A stretch of 64,000 bases of DNA from an uncultured Comamonas sp. (GCA_947306475.1 CAMZGS010000007.1:26598-90597), one strand, 5' to 3'. Positions 10,388 to 20,329 are shown, counted from the first letter of the stretch. Translations and numbers: made by a program. The notes: a model not told the origin generated them from the letters alone.

Positions 10388-11146
10388 ATGACGACACGCA
10401 ATCCGCACCATCTCTACATCCTGACCGGCGCCTCCCGCGGCATGGGGCATGCCATGGCCGAGCAACTGCTGCAACCGGGCCACACGCTGATCACCATCGC
10501 GCGTGGCCCGCTGCCTTTGGCCTGCCCGCAAGGCGCGCATTTTGAGCACTGGCAACTGGATTTAAGCCAGCCACAACCAGCTGCCCTGCATCTGGAGCAC
10601 TGGCTGCGCAGCCAGACGCCGCAGGACTTTGCCAGCGTGCAGCTGATCAACAACGCGGGTGTGATCCCGTCCATTGCCCCGCTGTCCGATATTGAGGCAG
10701 CGGCCATCGCCCACGCCTTGCGTGTGGGGCTGGAAGCGCCCATGCTGCTGACCAGCAGCCTGTTGCGTGCCACTGCCGACTGGGCGCTGCCGAAGAAGGT
10801 CCTCAACATTTCCTCTGGTCTGGGGCGCAGGGCCATGGCGTCCCAGGCCACCTACTGCGCGGCCAAGGCTGGGCTGGACAATTTTTCTGCTGCGCTGGCG
10901 CTGGAGGAGGCCCGCAAACCCCACGGGGCACGCGTATGCAGCCTGGCGCCCGGCGTGATTGCCACCGACATGCAGGTGCAGATGCGCAACGCCCGCGCGC
11001 AGGATTTTCCGGATCAGGAGCGCTTCCACCAGCTGCATGCCCAGGGGCTGCTCACCACGCCCGAAGATGCTGCGGCCCAGGTGCTGGCCTGGCTGCAACG
11101 GCCCGACTTTGGTGCCCAGGTGCTGGCCGACGTACGCCACGCCTGA
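10388..11146 (+). CDS. short-chain dehydrogenase/reductase (SDR) family oxidoreductase
   Basis: Cofactor motif LTGASRGMGHA, NNAG and catalytic YCAAK. ATG 10388 chosen (the track start is a TTG 6 codons upstream). Confidence 0.85.
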   Translation: MTTRNPHHLYILTGASRGMGHAMAEQLLQPGHTLITIARGPLPLACPQGAHFEHWQLDLSQPQPAALHLEHWLRSQTPQDFASVQLINNAGVIPSIAPLSDIEAAAIAHALRVGLEAPMLLTSSLLRATADWALPKKVLNISSGLGRRAMASQATYCAAKAGLDNFSAALALEEARKPHGARVCSLAPGVIATDMQVQMRNARAQDFPDQERFHQLHAQGLLTTPEDAAAQVLAWLQRPDFGAQVLADVRHA

Positions 11147-11171
11147 AGGCACAACACCAGCGAATCAATCC

Positions 11172-11223
11172 AAAAAAAGAGCTGCCAGCGCTTATCCAGC
11201 AAGCGCCAGCAGCTCTCTTTTTT
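11172..11223. terminator. REP-like hairpin acting as a bidirectional terminator between SDR (+) and metC (-)
   Basis: AAAAAAAGAGCTGCCAGCGCTT-atccagc-AAGCGCCAGCAGCTCTCTTTTTT is an imperfect hairpin flanked by an A-run and a T-run, between convergent genes. It belongs to the window-wide ..AGCTGC-N3-GCGCTT.. repeat family. Confidence 0.6.
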
Positions 11224-11232
11224 GATTACTTA

Positions 11233-12489
11233 TCAGGCTGCCATCCAGGCACAGCCAAAAGCCGCCTCGTAAGCCTGGGCCAGGTCGCGCTCCAGATCGG
11301 CGGCATCTTCCAGGCCGATACACAGACGCACCAGGCGCCCCGCGGCCACTGCACCGCGCCCGCAGTGGCGCATGTCGTCCAGGTCATAAGGCATCACCAG
11401 GCTCATGTGCCCGCCCCAGCTGTAGCCCAGGCGGAACCAGCGCAGCCGGTTGCAGAACGCGTCCACCGCGCCCTGATCAAAACGCGCATCGACCACAAAG
11501 CTGAAGATGCCCGCTGCCGCACCCTGCCCGTTCTGGGCGGCGCCACACACTTGTTGCCAGTGTGCATGCCCAGGGGCACCAGCCAGTGCCGGGTGCAACA
11601 CCTGCACCACGGCACTTTGGCGCTGCAAAGCCTGCGCCAAAGTGCGTGCAGTCCGATCCTGCGCGTGGTAACGCAGGGCGATGCTGGGCAAGGAACGCAG
11701 CACCAGCTCCACATCGTTGGCGCCCACGCCCAGCCCCAGGCGCATGTGGCACAGCTTGATGCGCATGTGCAGCGCCTGATCGCAGGTGGTGATGCTGCCC
11801 ATCAGCACATCGCCACCGCCGCTGGGGTATTTGGTCAGCGCATGCACCGACACATCCACGCCCAGGCTGCCACCATCGCGCAGCAGATCGAACGGCGCAA
11901 ACGCCAGCCCCGCGCCCCAGGTGTTGTCCAGCGCGCAGACCACGCCGCGCTCCTTGCACAGACGCACCTGGGCCAGCAGATCAGGGAACTCCATGGTCAC
12001 TGAGCCAGCGGCCTCCAGCCACACCAGACGCGTTTGTGCTCCCATCTTGGCGCGCAGATCGTCCACGCTCATCGGATCGTAGAACCGGTGGGTGATGCCC
12101 CAGCGCGCCAGCTCCACCTGCGCAAAGTCCTTGTTCGGGCCGTAGGCGTTGTCGGGCAGCAGCACCTCGTCGCCCGCGCTCAAGAGCGCCATGGAGACCG
12201 TGCTCAGCGCCGACAGACCGCTGGGCACCAGCAGACACTGGCGCGCACCTTCCAGGGCGCACAGGCGCTCTTCCAGCACAAACGAGGTCGGGGTGCCATG
12301 CAGGCCATAGGTGTAGCTGCTTTTATCCAGCCAGCGGCGGCTGCGCACAGCGGCCACATCGGGGAACAGCACGGTCGATGCCTTGTGCACCGGCTGCTGC
12401 GGCGCCTCAAACCCAGCGGGGGCCTGGTAAGGGTGGTGAATCAGCACCGTACTCAGTGCAGACGGGGAAAGGGTATTTGGATCAGACAT
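11233..12489 (-). CDS. metC: cystathionine beta-lyase (PLP-dependent trans-sulfuration enzyme)
   Basis: 418 aa. YTYGLHGTPTSFVLEERLCALEG...LVPSGLSA and the PLP-lysine region HALTKYPSGGGDVLMG are characteristic of the Cys/Met-metabolism PLP family (MetC type). Confidence 0.85.
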   Translation of the reverse strand: MSDPNTLSPSALSTVLIHHPYQAPAGFEAPQQPVHKASTVLFPDVAAVRSRRWLDKSSYTYGLHGTPTSFVLEERLCALEGARQCLLVPSGLSALSTVSMALLSAGDEVLLPDNAYGPNKDFAQVELARWGITHRFYDPMSVDDLRAKMGAQTRLVWLEAAGSVTMEFPDLLAQVRLCKERGVVCALDNTWGAGLAFAPFDLLRDGGSLGVDVSVHALTKYPSGGGDVLMGSITTCDQALHMRIKLCHMRLGLGVGANDVELVLRSLPSIALRYHAQDRTARTLAQALQRQSAVVQVLHPALAGAPGHAHWQQVCGAAQNGQGAAAGIFSFVVDARFDQGAVDAFCNRLRWFRLGYSWGGHMSLVMPYDLDDMRHCGRGAVAAGRLVRLCIGLEDAADLERDLAQAYEAAFGCAWMAA

Positions 12490-12595
12490 ATAAACATGCT
12501 AGCGCATGCCGCAGGATGCACCAGCGAAAACGCTCCATACACTGTGTCCTGTTTGGGGCTGTGCCCAGGCTTGAAACTCCCGTGCCCAACACAAC

Positions 12596-14698
12596 ATGTC
12601 TTCCATGACTACTACTGCGACCACCGACGCTGCGACCGCCAGCCCCACCCTTTCCGACAACCCCCTGCTGGACACCAGCGCCCTGCCCCGGTTCGATCAG
12701 ATCCGCGCCGAGCATGTGGCCCCCGCCATTGAACAGCTCATCGCCCGCGCCAGCGCGGCACTGGAAACCGTCGCCGCCCCCGACTTCCCCGCCGAATGGC
12801 AGGCCGTGGCCAAGGAGCTGGACACCGCCACCGAAGCCCTGGGCCGCGCCTGGGGCGCCGTCAGCCATCTGAGCAGCGTGGCCGACACGCCCGAGCTGCG
12901 CGCAGCCTTCAACGCTGCCCTGCCTCTGGTGACCGAGTTCTGGACGCGCCTGGGCGCCGATGAGCGCCTGTACGCCAAGTACAAGGCCATGGACGTCAAC
13001 CGCCTGACCGCCGAGCAGCGCAAGGCCCACGCCAACGCACTGCGCAGCTTCGTGCTCTCGGGTGCCGAACTGCAGGGCGCCGCCAAGGAACGCTTTGCCG
13101 CCATCCAGGAACGCAGCGCCGCCCTGGCGCAAAAATTCAGCGAAAACACGCTGGATGCCACCGACCGCTGGGCCTATTACGCCAGCGCCGAAGAGATGGC
13201 CGGCATCCCCAGCGACGTGCAGGAGGCCGCCCGCGCCGCCGCACAGGCCGAGGGCAAGGAAGGCTTCAAGCTCACCCTGAAAATCCCCTGCTACCTGCCG
13301 GTGATGCAGTTCGCGCACAGCGGTGCGCTGCGCGAAAAGCTCTACCGCGCCTACGTCACGCGCGCTTCTGACCAGGCCGAGGGCGACGGCCAGCAGTACG
13401 ACAACCGCGCCATCATTGAGGAAATCCTGGCCCTGCGCCGCGAAGAAGCACAACTGCTGGGCTATCAGAATTTTGGCGAAGTCTCACTGGTGCCCAAGAT
13501 GGCCAACTCGCCGCAGGAGGTCATCGACTTCCTGCGCGATCTGGCCCGCCGCGCGCGCCCCTACGCCGAGCAGGATGTGCGCGACCTGCGCGCCTTTGCC
13601 AAGGAGCAGCTGGGCATCACCGATCCGCAGCCCTGGGACTGGACCTTCATTGCCGAAAAGCTCAAGGAACAGCGCTACGCCTTCAACGAGCAAGAGGTCA
13701 AAGAGTATTTCACCGCGCCCAAGGTGCTCGCCGGCCTGTTCAAGATCATCGAAAACCTGTTTGACGTCCGCATCGAGCCCGACAGCGCCCCGGTCTGGCA
13801 CCCCGCCGTGCAGTTCTACGCCTTGAAGCGCAATGGCCAGACCATCGCCCAGTTCTACCTGGACCAGCCCGCACGCAACGGCAAGCGCGGCGGTGCCTGG
13901 ATGGACGATGTACGCAGCCGCTGGCTGCGCCCGGACAACGGCCAGCTGCAAACGCCGGTAGCGCACATGGTGTGCAACTTTGCCGACGGGGTGAACGGTC
14001 AGCCCGCGCTGCTCACGCACGATGATGTGATCACTCTGTTCCACGAAGCGGGTCACGCCCTGCACCACATGCTCACCCAGGTGCAGGAAAAGGATGTCAG
14101 CGGCATCAACGGCGTGGAGTGGGATGCGGTGGAGCTGCCCAGCCAGTTCATGGAAAACTTCTGCTGGGAGTGGGAAGTGCTGCGCAACATGACGGCACAT
14201 GTGCGCACCGGCGAGCCGCTGCCGCGCGCGCTGTTCGACAAGATGGTGGCGGCCAAGAACTTCCAGGCCGGCATGCAAACCCTGCGTCAGGTGGAATTTG
14301 CGCTGTTTGACATGCTGCTGCACACCGAGCACGACCCGGCGGGCGACTACCTGGCGCTGCTCAATGCCGTGCGCGACGAAGTGGCCGTGCTGCCCACCAC
14401 GCCCTACAACCGCAGCACCAACACCTTCAGCCACATCTTTGCCGGTGGTTACGCTGCGGGCTACTACAGCTACAAGTGGGCCGAGGTGCTCTCCGCCGAT
14501 GCCTACGCCGCCTTTGAAGAAACGCAAGGCAGCGATGGCAGCCACAGCCACGCCACCGGCCAGCGCTACCTGAAGGAAATCCTGGAGCGTGGCGGCAGCC
14601 GCAGCGCCCTGGAAAACTTCATCGCCTTCCGTGGACGGGCACCCCAGCTGGATGCCTTGCTGCGCCACCAAGGCATGGCAGAACCGACCAAGGTTTAA
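12596..14698 (+). CDS. prlC: oligopeptidase A (M3 family zinc metallopeptidase)
   Basis: 700 aa. Zinc motif LFHEAGHALHHML with downstream E (VELPSQFMENF). Overall PrlC/Dcp-like architecture. Confidence 0.92.
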   Translation: MSSMTTTATTDAATASPTLSDNPLLDTSALPRFDQIRAEHVAPAIEQLIARASAALETVAAPDFPAEWQAVAKELDTATEALGRAWGAVSHLSSVADTPELRAAFNAALPLVTEFWTRLGADERLYAKYKAMDVNRLTAEQRKAHANALRSFVLSGAELQGAAKERFAAIQERSAALAQKFSENTLDATDRWAYYASAEEMAGIPSDVQEAARAAAQAEGKEGFKLTLKIPCYLPVMQFAHSGALREKLYRAYVTRASDQAEGDGQQYDNRAIIEEILALRREEAQLLGYQNFGEVSLVPKMANSPQEVIDFLRDLARRARPYAEQDVRDLRAFAKEQLGITDPQPWDWTFIAEKLKEQRYAFNEQEVKEYFTAPKVLAGLFKIIENLFDVRIEPDSAPVWHPAVQFYALKRNGQTIAQFYLDQPARNGKRGGAWMDDVRSRWLRPDNGQLQTPVAHMVCNFADGVNGQPALLTHDDVITLFHEAGHALHHMLTQVQEKDVSGINGVEWDAVELPSQFMENFCWEWEVLRNMTAHVRTGEPLPRALFDKMVAAKNFQAGMQTLRQVEFALFDMLLHTEHDPAGDYLALLNAVRDEVAVLPTTPYNRSTNTFSHIFAGGYAAGYYSYKWAEVLSADAYAAFEETQGSDGSHSHATGQRYLKEILERGGSRSALENFIAFRGRAPQLDALLRHQGMAEPTKV

Positions 14699-14789
14699 TT
14701 TTTATAGCTGCTTGCGCTGACCTGGCAAGCACTTCAAAGACAAAATAGCTGCAAATGCTTGCCAGGCAAGCGCATGCAGCTATTTTTTT
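14698..14789. repeat. two adjacent REP-like units after the prlC stop; the second is a strong hairpin plus T-run
   Basis: Unit 1 is ATAGCTGCTTGCGCTGACCTGGCAAGC. Unit 2 is ATAGCTGCA-aat-GCTTGCCAGGCAAGC-gca-TGCAGCTAT followed by TTTTTTT. It probably serves as the prlC terminator. Confidence 0.65.
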
Positions 14790-14916
14790 GCAGAAAACGC
14801 GTGACACCGGAGCCACCAGCCAGGTGTGGGAACACAAAAAAATCAAAAAAATTTGCCCGGGCAGTAAACCAGGCCCATGCAGCCGACGTTGTAGCTCCAT
14901 ACAAGGAGTGAATGCC

Positions 14917-14991
14917 ATGACTGCCAACCAACCGACCACCATCTGGCCCGAAGACGAGCGCGATCGCAAGCGCAGCCCTGCACGCGTGTAA
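14917..14991 (+). CDS. candidate micro-protein, 24 aa (MTANQPTTIWPEDERDRKRSPARV)
   Basis: AAGGAG at 14903-14908 lies 8 nt before the ATG. It shares a 33-nt core (14941-14973) with the downstream micro-ORF at 32/33 identity. Across the conserved 14 codons, 2 of the 3 differences are synonymous. No homology recognised. Confidence 0.45.
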   Translation: MTANQPTTIWPEDERDRKRSPARV

Positions 14992-15042
14992 CGCCTGCCC
15001 GAGCGGCCCCGCACACTTCCTCAGTTCTCAGGAGACCTTCTC

Positions 15043-15099
15043 ATGAACACCATCCCCACCTCCATCTGGCCCGAAGACGAGCGCGACCGCAAGCGCTGA
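15043..15099 (+). CDS. candidate micro-protein, 18 aa (MNTIPTSIWPEDERDRKR), paralogue of 14917-14991
   Basis: AGGAGA at 15030-15035 lies 7 nt before the ATG. The conserved core is at 15064-15096. Followed by a terminator at 15153-15182. Confidence 0.45.
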   Translation: MNTIPTSIWPEDERDRKR

Positions 15100-15152
15100 A
15101 TTGCTGCGGCGCCTGCCGCCCTCTCGCCCGGCATCCACCGGATGCTCCCAAC

Positions 15153-15182
15153 AAAAAACGCCTGCAGATCGCAGGCGTTTTG
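15153..15182. terminator. bidirectional intrinsic terminator (micro-ORFs on +, phaB on -)
   Basis: AAAAAACGCCTGC-agatc-GCAGGCGTTTT is a 9-bp GC-rich stem with an A-run on one side and a T-run on the other. It lies between convergent units. Confidence 0.75.
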
Positions 15183-15200
15183 CTTGGTCAGGACAGCGCC

Positions 15201-15938
15201 TTATTGCATGTGCTGGCCGCCGTTGACCGAGAACTCGGCACCCGTGGCGTAGCCGCCCTCATCCGAGGCCAGCCACGACACGATCGAGGCGATTTCCTTG
15301 GGTTCGCCCAGACGCTTGACCGGGATCGTGGCCACGATCTTCTCCAGCACATCCTCACGAATGGCACGCACCATGTCGGTACCGATGTAGCCGGGGCTGA
15401 CGGTGTTCACGGTCACGCCCTTGCTGGCCAGCTCCTGGGCCAGCGCCATGGAAAAGCCGTGCATGCCAGCCTTGGCCGCCGAGTAGTTGGTCTGACCAGC
15501 CTGGCCCTTGGCACCGTTGATCGAGCTGATGTTGATGATGCGGCCCCAGCCCTTTTCCACCATGTCTGCCACCACCTGCTTGGTGACGTTGAACATGGAG
15601 TTCAGGTTGGTTTCGATCACGGCACGCCAGTCCTCAGGCGTCATCTTCACGAACATGCGGTCGCGCGTGATGCCGGCGTTGTTCACCAGCACGTCAATGC
15701 TGCCATGCTCGGCCTTGGCCTTGGTGAAGGCCTCCACGGTGGAGTCCCAGTCGCCCACGTTGCCCACCGAGGCGTAGAACGTGTAGCCCAGGGCCTTTTG
15801 CTCATCCAGCCACTTCTGGTAGTCACGGGTCGGGCCGCAGCCAGCGATCACCTTGAAGCCGTCGTCGTGCAAACGCTGGCAGATAGCGGTACCGATGCCC
15901 CCCATGCCACCTGTCACATAAGCCACTTTCTGAGTCAT
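15201..15938 (-). CDS. phaB: acetoacetyl-CoA reductase (NADPH), PHB synthesis
   Basis: MTQKVAYVTGGMGGIGTAICQRL, NNAGITRD and YSAAKAG are the SDR signature, with PhaB-type sequence throughout. SD AAGGAGAG precedes ATG 15938. Last gene of the phaC-phaA-phaB cluster. Confidence 0.93.
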   Translation of the reverse strand: MTQKVAYVTGGMGGIGTAICQRLHDDGFKVIAGCGPTRDYQKWLDEQKALGYTFYASVGNVGDWDSTVEAFTKAKAEHGSIDVLVNNAGITRDRMFVKMTPEDWRAVIETNLNSMFNVTKQVVADMVEKGWGRIINISSINGAKGQAGQTNYSAAKAGMHGFSMALAQELASKGVTVNTVSPGYIGTDMVRAIREDVLEKIVATIPVKRLGEPKEIASIVSWLASDEGGYATGAEFSVNGGQHMQ

Positions 15939-16016
15939 AACTTTCTCTCCTTGATTTGTTTCGACACCACTTGCGGGAGGCACCCTTCTGGCTGCCGCCC
16001 GCGCTCACTTGAGGCT

Positions 16017-17198
16017 TCAGCTGCGCTCGACCGCCAGGGCCACGCCCATGCCACCGCCGATGCACAGTGCTGCCAACCCCTTCTTGGCATCGCGGCGCTG
16101 CATTTCGTGCAGCAGCGTGACCAGCACACGGCAGCCGGAAGCACCGATGGGGTGACCAATGGCGATGGCGCCGCCATTGACGTTGACCTTGGCTGGATCA
16201 ACACCCAGCTCCTTGTTCACGGCACAGGCCTGTGCGGCAAAGGCTTCGTTGAGCTCGAACAGATCAACGTCGCCCACCGACCAGCCGGCACGCTCCAGCG
16301 CCTTGCGCGTGGCCGACACCGGGCCCATGCCCATGGTGGCCGGATCCAGACCGCTGGTAGCGTAGGCCTTGATGGTGGCCAGGGGTTTGAGGCCCAGCGC
16401 GGCAGCCTTGCTGGCCTTCATCACCACCACGGCGGCAGCACCGTCATTGATGCCCGAGGCATTGCCTGCTGTCACGGTACCGGCCTTGTCAAAGGCGGGA
16501 CGCAGACCGGAGAGCGCCTCCAGATTGGTCTTGCGGTTGATGTACTCGTCGGTGTCGAACACCAGCGGATCGCCCTTGCGCTGGGGGATCACCACGGGAA
16601 CGATCTCATCCTTGAACTTGCCGGCGTCCTGCGCCGCGGCGGCCTTTTGCTGGCTGGCAATGGCAAATTCATCCTGCTGGGCACGGGTGATGCCGTGTTC
16701 CCTGGCAACGTTCTCTGCCGTGATGCCCATGTGGTACTGGTTGTACACGTCCCACAGGCCATCGACGATCATGGTGTCCTGCATCTTCCAGTCGCCCATG
16801 CGCTGACCGTCGCGCGAGCCTTGCAGCACGTGGGGCGACAGGCTCATGTTCTCCTGACCACCGGCGACCACGATTTCGCTGTCGCCCGTAGCCACGGCCT
16901 GGGCGGCCAGCATCACGGCCTTCAGGCCCGAGCCGCACACGGCGTTGATGGTCATGGCCGGGGTTTCCTTGGCCACACCGGCCTTCATCATGGCCTGACG
17001 TGCCGGGTTCTGGCCCACACCAGCAGCCAGCACCTGACCCATGATGACCTCACCCACCTGATCCAGACCCACCTTGGCACGTGCCAGGGCTTCCTTGATC
17101 ACCACAGCGCCCAGTTCCGGGGCGCTCACCTTGGCCAGACTGCCCCCGAACTTGGCAACGGGGGTACGGACGGCAGAAACGACAACGATGTCTTCCAT
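16017..17198 (-). CDS. phaA: acetyl-CoA acetyltransferase (beta-ketothiolase)
   Basis: 393 aa. Thiolase active-site regions [28 protein letters not shown] and CIGGGMG. Confidence 0.95.
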   Translation of the reverse strand: MEDIVVVSAVRTPVAKFGGSLAKVSAPELGAVVIKEALARAKVGLDQVGEVIMGQVLAAGVGQNPARQAMMKAGVAKETPAMTINAVCGSGLKAVMLAAQAVATGDSEIVVAGGQENMSLSPHVLQGSRDGQRMGDWKMQDTMIVDGLWDVYNQYHMGITAENVAREHGITRAQQDEFAIASQQKAAAAQDAGKFKDEIVPVVIPQRKGDPLVFDTDEYINRKTNLEALSGLRPAFDKAGTVTAGNASGINDGAAAVVVMKASKAAALGLKPLATIKAYATSGLDPATMGMGPVSATRKALERAGWSVGDVDLFELNEAFAAQACAVNKELGVDPAKVNVNGGAIAIGHPIGASGCRVLVTLLHEMQRRDAKKGLAALCIGGGMGVALAVERS

Positions 17199-17229
17199 AT
17201 AACTTCCTAGGGGGTTGAAGGTTGAGAAA

Positions 17230-18936
17230 TCAGGCTTTTTTCAGCACATAGCTGCCCGGAGCATCCTGCAGCGCCTTGTATTTGGTGCCCTTGCCATAGC
17301 GCTTGGGCGCTGCCACCTGCTTGCCGGCATGGCCCCTGAGCCATTCGGCCCAGTCCGACCACCAGCTGCCTGGCTTTTCCTCGGCGCCGCCCAGCCACTC
17401 TTCCAGCGAGTCGGGCAAGGCGCCATCCTCGCGGAGCCAGTGGCAGCGCTTGTTCTTGGCCGGGGGATTGATCACACCGGCGATGTGGCCGGAAGCGCCC
17501 ATGACGAAGCGCTTGTCGCCCGGCAGCACGCGGGTGGCGGCGTAGGAGGCGTTGATCGGCACGATGTGGTCTTCGCGCGAGCCGTAGATGTACACCGGAA
17601 GGTCCACGTTGCCCATGTCGATGGACTCGCCACAGACCGTGAGCTTGCCCGGCTTGATCAGGTTGTTTTCCAGGTAGGTATTGCGCAGGTACCACGCATA
17701 CCACGGGCCGGGCAGATTGGTGGAGTCGCTGTTCCAGTAGAGCAGGTCGAAGGCCGGGGGCGTCTCACCCTTCAGGTAGTTGCCGACCACGTAGTTCCAG
17801 ACCAGATCGTTGGGGCGCAGGAAGCTGAAGGTGGCTGCCAGTTCCTGTCCCTTGAGCAGGCCGCCCTTGCCCATCTGCAGCTCACGCGACTGCACAAAGG
17901 CCTCGTCGATGAACACGTCCAGGATGCCGGTGTCGGTGAAGTCCAGCAGCGTCGTCAGGAACGTGGCACTAGCCACAGGGTGCTGATCGCGCGCAGCCAG
18001 CACGGCCAGGGCCGTGGCCAGCATGGTGCCGCCCACGCAGAAACCCAGGGCGTTGATCTGCTCGGCCTCGGTGATCTCCTGCACCACGTTGATGGCCTCG
18101 ATCACGGCGCGCTCGATGTAATCGTCCCACGTCAGGTGAGCACAGGAAGCATCCGGATTGCGCCAGCTGATGACGAACGTGCGATGGCCCTGGCTGACGG
18201 CATAGCGAATGAACGAGTTTTCCGGCTGCAAATCCAGAATATAGAACTTGTTGATGCATGGCGGCACCAGCAGGAATGGGCGCTCATACATCTTGGAAGT
18301 CAAGGGCTTGTATTCAATCAGCTGGAAAATATCGTTTTCATACACCACCGCACCTTCGGTGGTGGCGACATTCTTGCCGACTTCAAAAACGCTTTCATCG
18401 GTCATCGAGACATAGCCCTTGGCCATGTCCTGCAGCATATTCTGCAAGCCCCGCGACAGGCTTTCGCCCTTGGTTTCGATGGCTTTTTGCTGCGCATCCG
18501 GATTTAGTGCCAGGAAATTGCTGGGCGACATGGCCGCCACCCATTGATCGACGGCAAAGCGAATGCGCTGGCGGGTTTTCTCATCGGCCTGCACCGCTTC
18601 GGCCATGCCGGTCAGGGCCTGCGCGTTGAGCATGTAGGCTGCTGCCGTGAATGCGGCCAGCGGGTTCTTCGTCCAGCCCTCGCCGGCAAAGCGCTTGTCC
18701 TTGGGCACCGGGGGCGTGGCACCCACACCAGCAGTCCACAGCTTGCTGGCCTGTTCAATGTATTGCTGCTGCAACTGCTGCAGCCTGGCGGCATCAAACT
18801 GCACCGCTGGCGGCACGGCTGCGCCAGCACCGGGGTTGGCGCCAGGAGCAGCCTGGGCAAAGGTCTGCATGGCCTTGGCCCAGTGATCGGTGAAGAACTG
18901 CTGTACGCCTTCGGTCCACAAGGGGTCGGATGTCAT
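17230..18936 (-). CDS. phaC: class I poly(3-hydroxyalkanoate) synthase
   Basis: 568 aa. Lipase-like box [10 protein letters not shown] and a conserved PhaC N-terminal domain. SD AAGGAAG lies 8 nt upstream of the ATG. Confidence 0.95.
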   Translation of the reverse strand: MTSDPLWTEGVQQFFTDHWAKAMQTFAQAAPGANPGAGAAVPPAVQFDAARLQQLQQQYIEQASKLWTAGVGATPPVPKDKRFAGEGWTKNPLAAFTAAAYMLNAQALTGMAEAVQADEKTRQRIRFAVDQWVAAMSPSNFLALNPDAQQKAIETKGESLSRGLQNMLQDMAKGYVSMTDESVFEVGKNVATTEGAVVYENDIFQLIEYKPLTSKMYERPFLLVPPCINKFYILDLQPENSFIRYAVSQGHRTFVISWRNPDASCAHLTWDDYIERAVIEAINVVQEITEAEQINALGFCVGGTMLATALAVLAARDQHPVASATFLTTLLDFTDTGILDVFIDEAFVQSRELQMGKGGLLKGQELAATFSFLRPNDLVWNYVVGNYLKGETPPAFDLLYWNSDSTNLPGPWYAWYLRNTYLENNLIKPGKLTVCGESIDMGNVDLPVYIYGSREDHIVPINASYAATRVLPGDKRFVMGASGHIAGVINPPAKNKRCHWLREDGALPDSLEEWLGGAEEKPGSWWSDWAEWLRGHAGKQVAAPKRYGKGTKYKALQDAPGSYVLKKA

Positions 18937-19231
18937 GGAACGGTCTTCCTTATATGTAGTGAGTATGTTTCGGAAAATAACAAATACGCAGGACGGCTGA
19001 AAACATAGAGCAGCAATTCCAGATTTCCATCCCTAGTTGGATTATTGCCAAAGAATTTCAGTCCGACAATGCATGCCACACCGAACCATATCGGCACTCT
19101 CCGACCAAGCCTTCCTGCCTGGTATCTCCGTATAAGTTCAGCTTGCACTTTACCACCTGCATGTGCATACCACCCGCATCCACACATGCACGACAACGAC
19201 GTTTTATCCCTTTTTCCCCTGCTATCGATCC

Positions 19232-19549
19232 ATGTACCTCATTGCAATTGCCTGGCTGTACGTCGCCCTCATGATGGCTCTGGTTGAAGCCACCGCCACC
19301 AACGGCAGCGTGCTGGGCGCCTGTATCACTTTTCTGCTGTATGGCGTGCTGCCCTGCGCCCTGCTGATGTACATCCTGGGCACGCCCGAGCGCAAACGCC
19401 GCCTGCACGCCAGACGCCTGGAAGAGCAACGCGCCTGGGAGGCAGCACAACAAGCCGCCGCAGCCCCCTCAACTGCGCCAGATGACGGCAGCCATGCGCC
19501 CGGTGCTGCCCAGGACGGCAGCATCGCGTCGGTGCGAGAAAAATCGTGA
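19232..19549 (+). CDS. small membrane protein (two predicted TM helices, basic then low-complexity tail), function unknown
   Basis: MYLIAIAWLYVALMMALVEA...ACITFLLYGVLPCALLMYILG followed by PERKRRLHARR. Codon usage is GC3-rich like its neighbours. Start set at the internal ATG of the track ORF. Confidence 0.6.
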   Translation: MYLIAIAWLYVALMMALVEATATNGSVLGACITFLLYGVLPCALLMYILGTPERKRRLHARRLEEQRAWEAAQQAAAAPSTAPDDGSHAPGAAQDGSIASVREKS

Positions 19550-20329
19550 CGGATTGCTGAACGTGCACCACTCGGTGCTGGAGTCGTTGCCGTACAGCGC
19601 CTGCAGCCCCAGCCTGTGCAAGCGCTGGCGCGCCAGCCCGGCCAGATCGGCATACCACTTGCCCGGCTGCGCGGCTGCCGTGAAGCAACGCTGTGCCTGC
19701 CGATCCTGCCGGGTAAAGGCCTGGTACACCTCGGCACCCACCTCAAAGGCACGAGGGCCAATGCAGGGCCCCAGCCAGACCTGGGTTTGTGCGGCCACGG
19801 TGCTGGCATCGGAGCCGATGGCCGCACCGTGCTGACGCAGCAGACGGCAGTAGGCGTCCCACAGGGCTTCGAGCACGCCGTAGCCCTCTTGACCCAGCAA
19901 GCCACGCCAACCGGCATGGGCCGCGCCCACCACCCCCACCTGACGGTGGGCGATCAGTACCGGCAGGCAGTCGGCCACCATGATGGTGCAGGCCTGGCCA
20001 GCCGTGGCCGTCACACAGGCATCACCACGGAGCGCACCGCCCTCACCCGGCAGGGCGTGCACGGCCCAGCCATGCACCTGTTCCATGAAGTGCGCCTGCA
20101 CTGCCCGTCCGGACAGGGTGCTCAGGCAATCGTGCAATTGCTGACGGTTACGGGCCACAGCCACTGCGTCATCCCCCACATGGGTGCCCAGGTTGAAGCT
20201 GTCCCACGGCGCCTGGCTGTGCCCCCCCTGGCGGGTGGTGAACACTGCCTGCACGCCCGCAATTGCGGGCCAGCGCGGGATCAGCCAATCGGCGGGAACG
20301 GGATGATGGTCGGTCGCAGGATGCCTCAT
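19469..20329 (-). CDS. pgeF: YfiH/PgeF family (DUF152) purine-nucleoside phosphorylase / peptidoglycan editing factor
   Basis: LIPRWPA...FTTRQGG..SFNLG.HVGDD, MVADCLPVL, AHAGWRGL, LGPCIGPRAFEVG and FSHRRD...TGRMAAVIW align motif-for-motif with E. coli YfiH. Start set at ATG 20329, the nearest ATG upstream of the conserved N-terminus. Confidence 0.85.
   Translation of the reverse strand: MRHPATDHHPVPADWLIPRWPAIAGVQAVFTTRQGGHSQAPWDSFNLGTHVGDDAVAVARNRQQLHDCLSTLSGRAVQAHFMEQVHGWAVHALPGEGGALRGDACVTATAGQACTIMVADCLPVLIAHRQVGVVGAAHAGWRGLLGQEGYGVLEALWDAYCRLLRQHGAAIGSDASTVAAQTQVWLGPCIGPRAFEVGAEVYQAFTRQDRQAQRCFTAAAQPGKWYADLAGLARQRLHRLGLQALYGNDSSTEWCTFSNPSRFFSHRRDAAVLGSTGRMAAVIWRS

Noticed and set aside
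14755-14991. 78-aa ORF that contains micro-ORF 1 at its 3' end.
   Set aside because: Its start lies inside the REP/terminator hairpin after prlC. The upstream 53 codons have no SD and atypical composition. The internal ATG 14917 has a perfect AAGGAG SD, and only the distal part is duplicated in micro-ORF 2.
19158-19190. 8-bp inverted repeat TGCATGTG-N17-CACATGCA in the phaC / membrane-protein divergent region, considered as a PhaR-type operator.
   Set aside because: It is short and isolated, and I cannot match it to a known PhaR site from memory. No phaR or phasin gene lies in the window to support the link.
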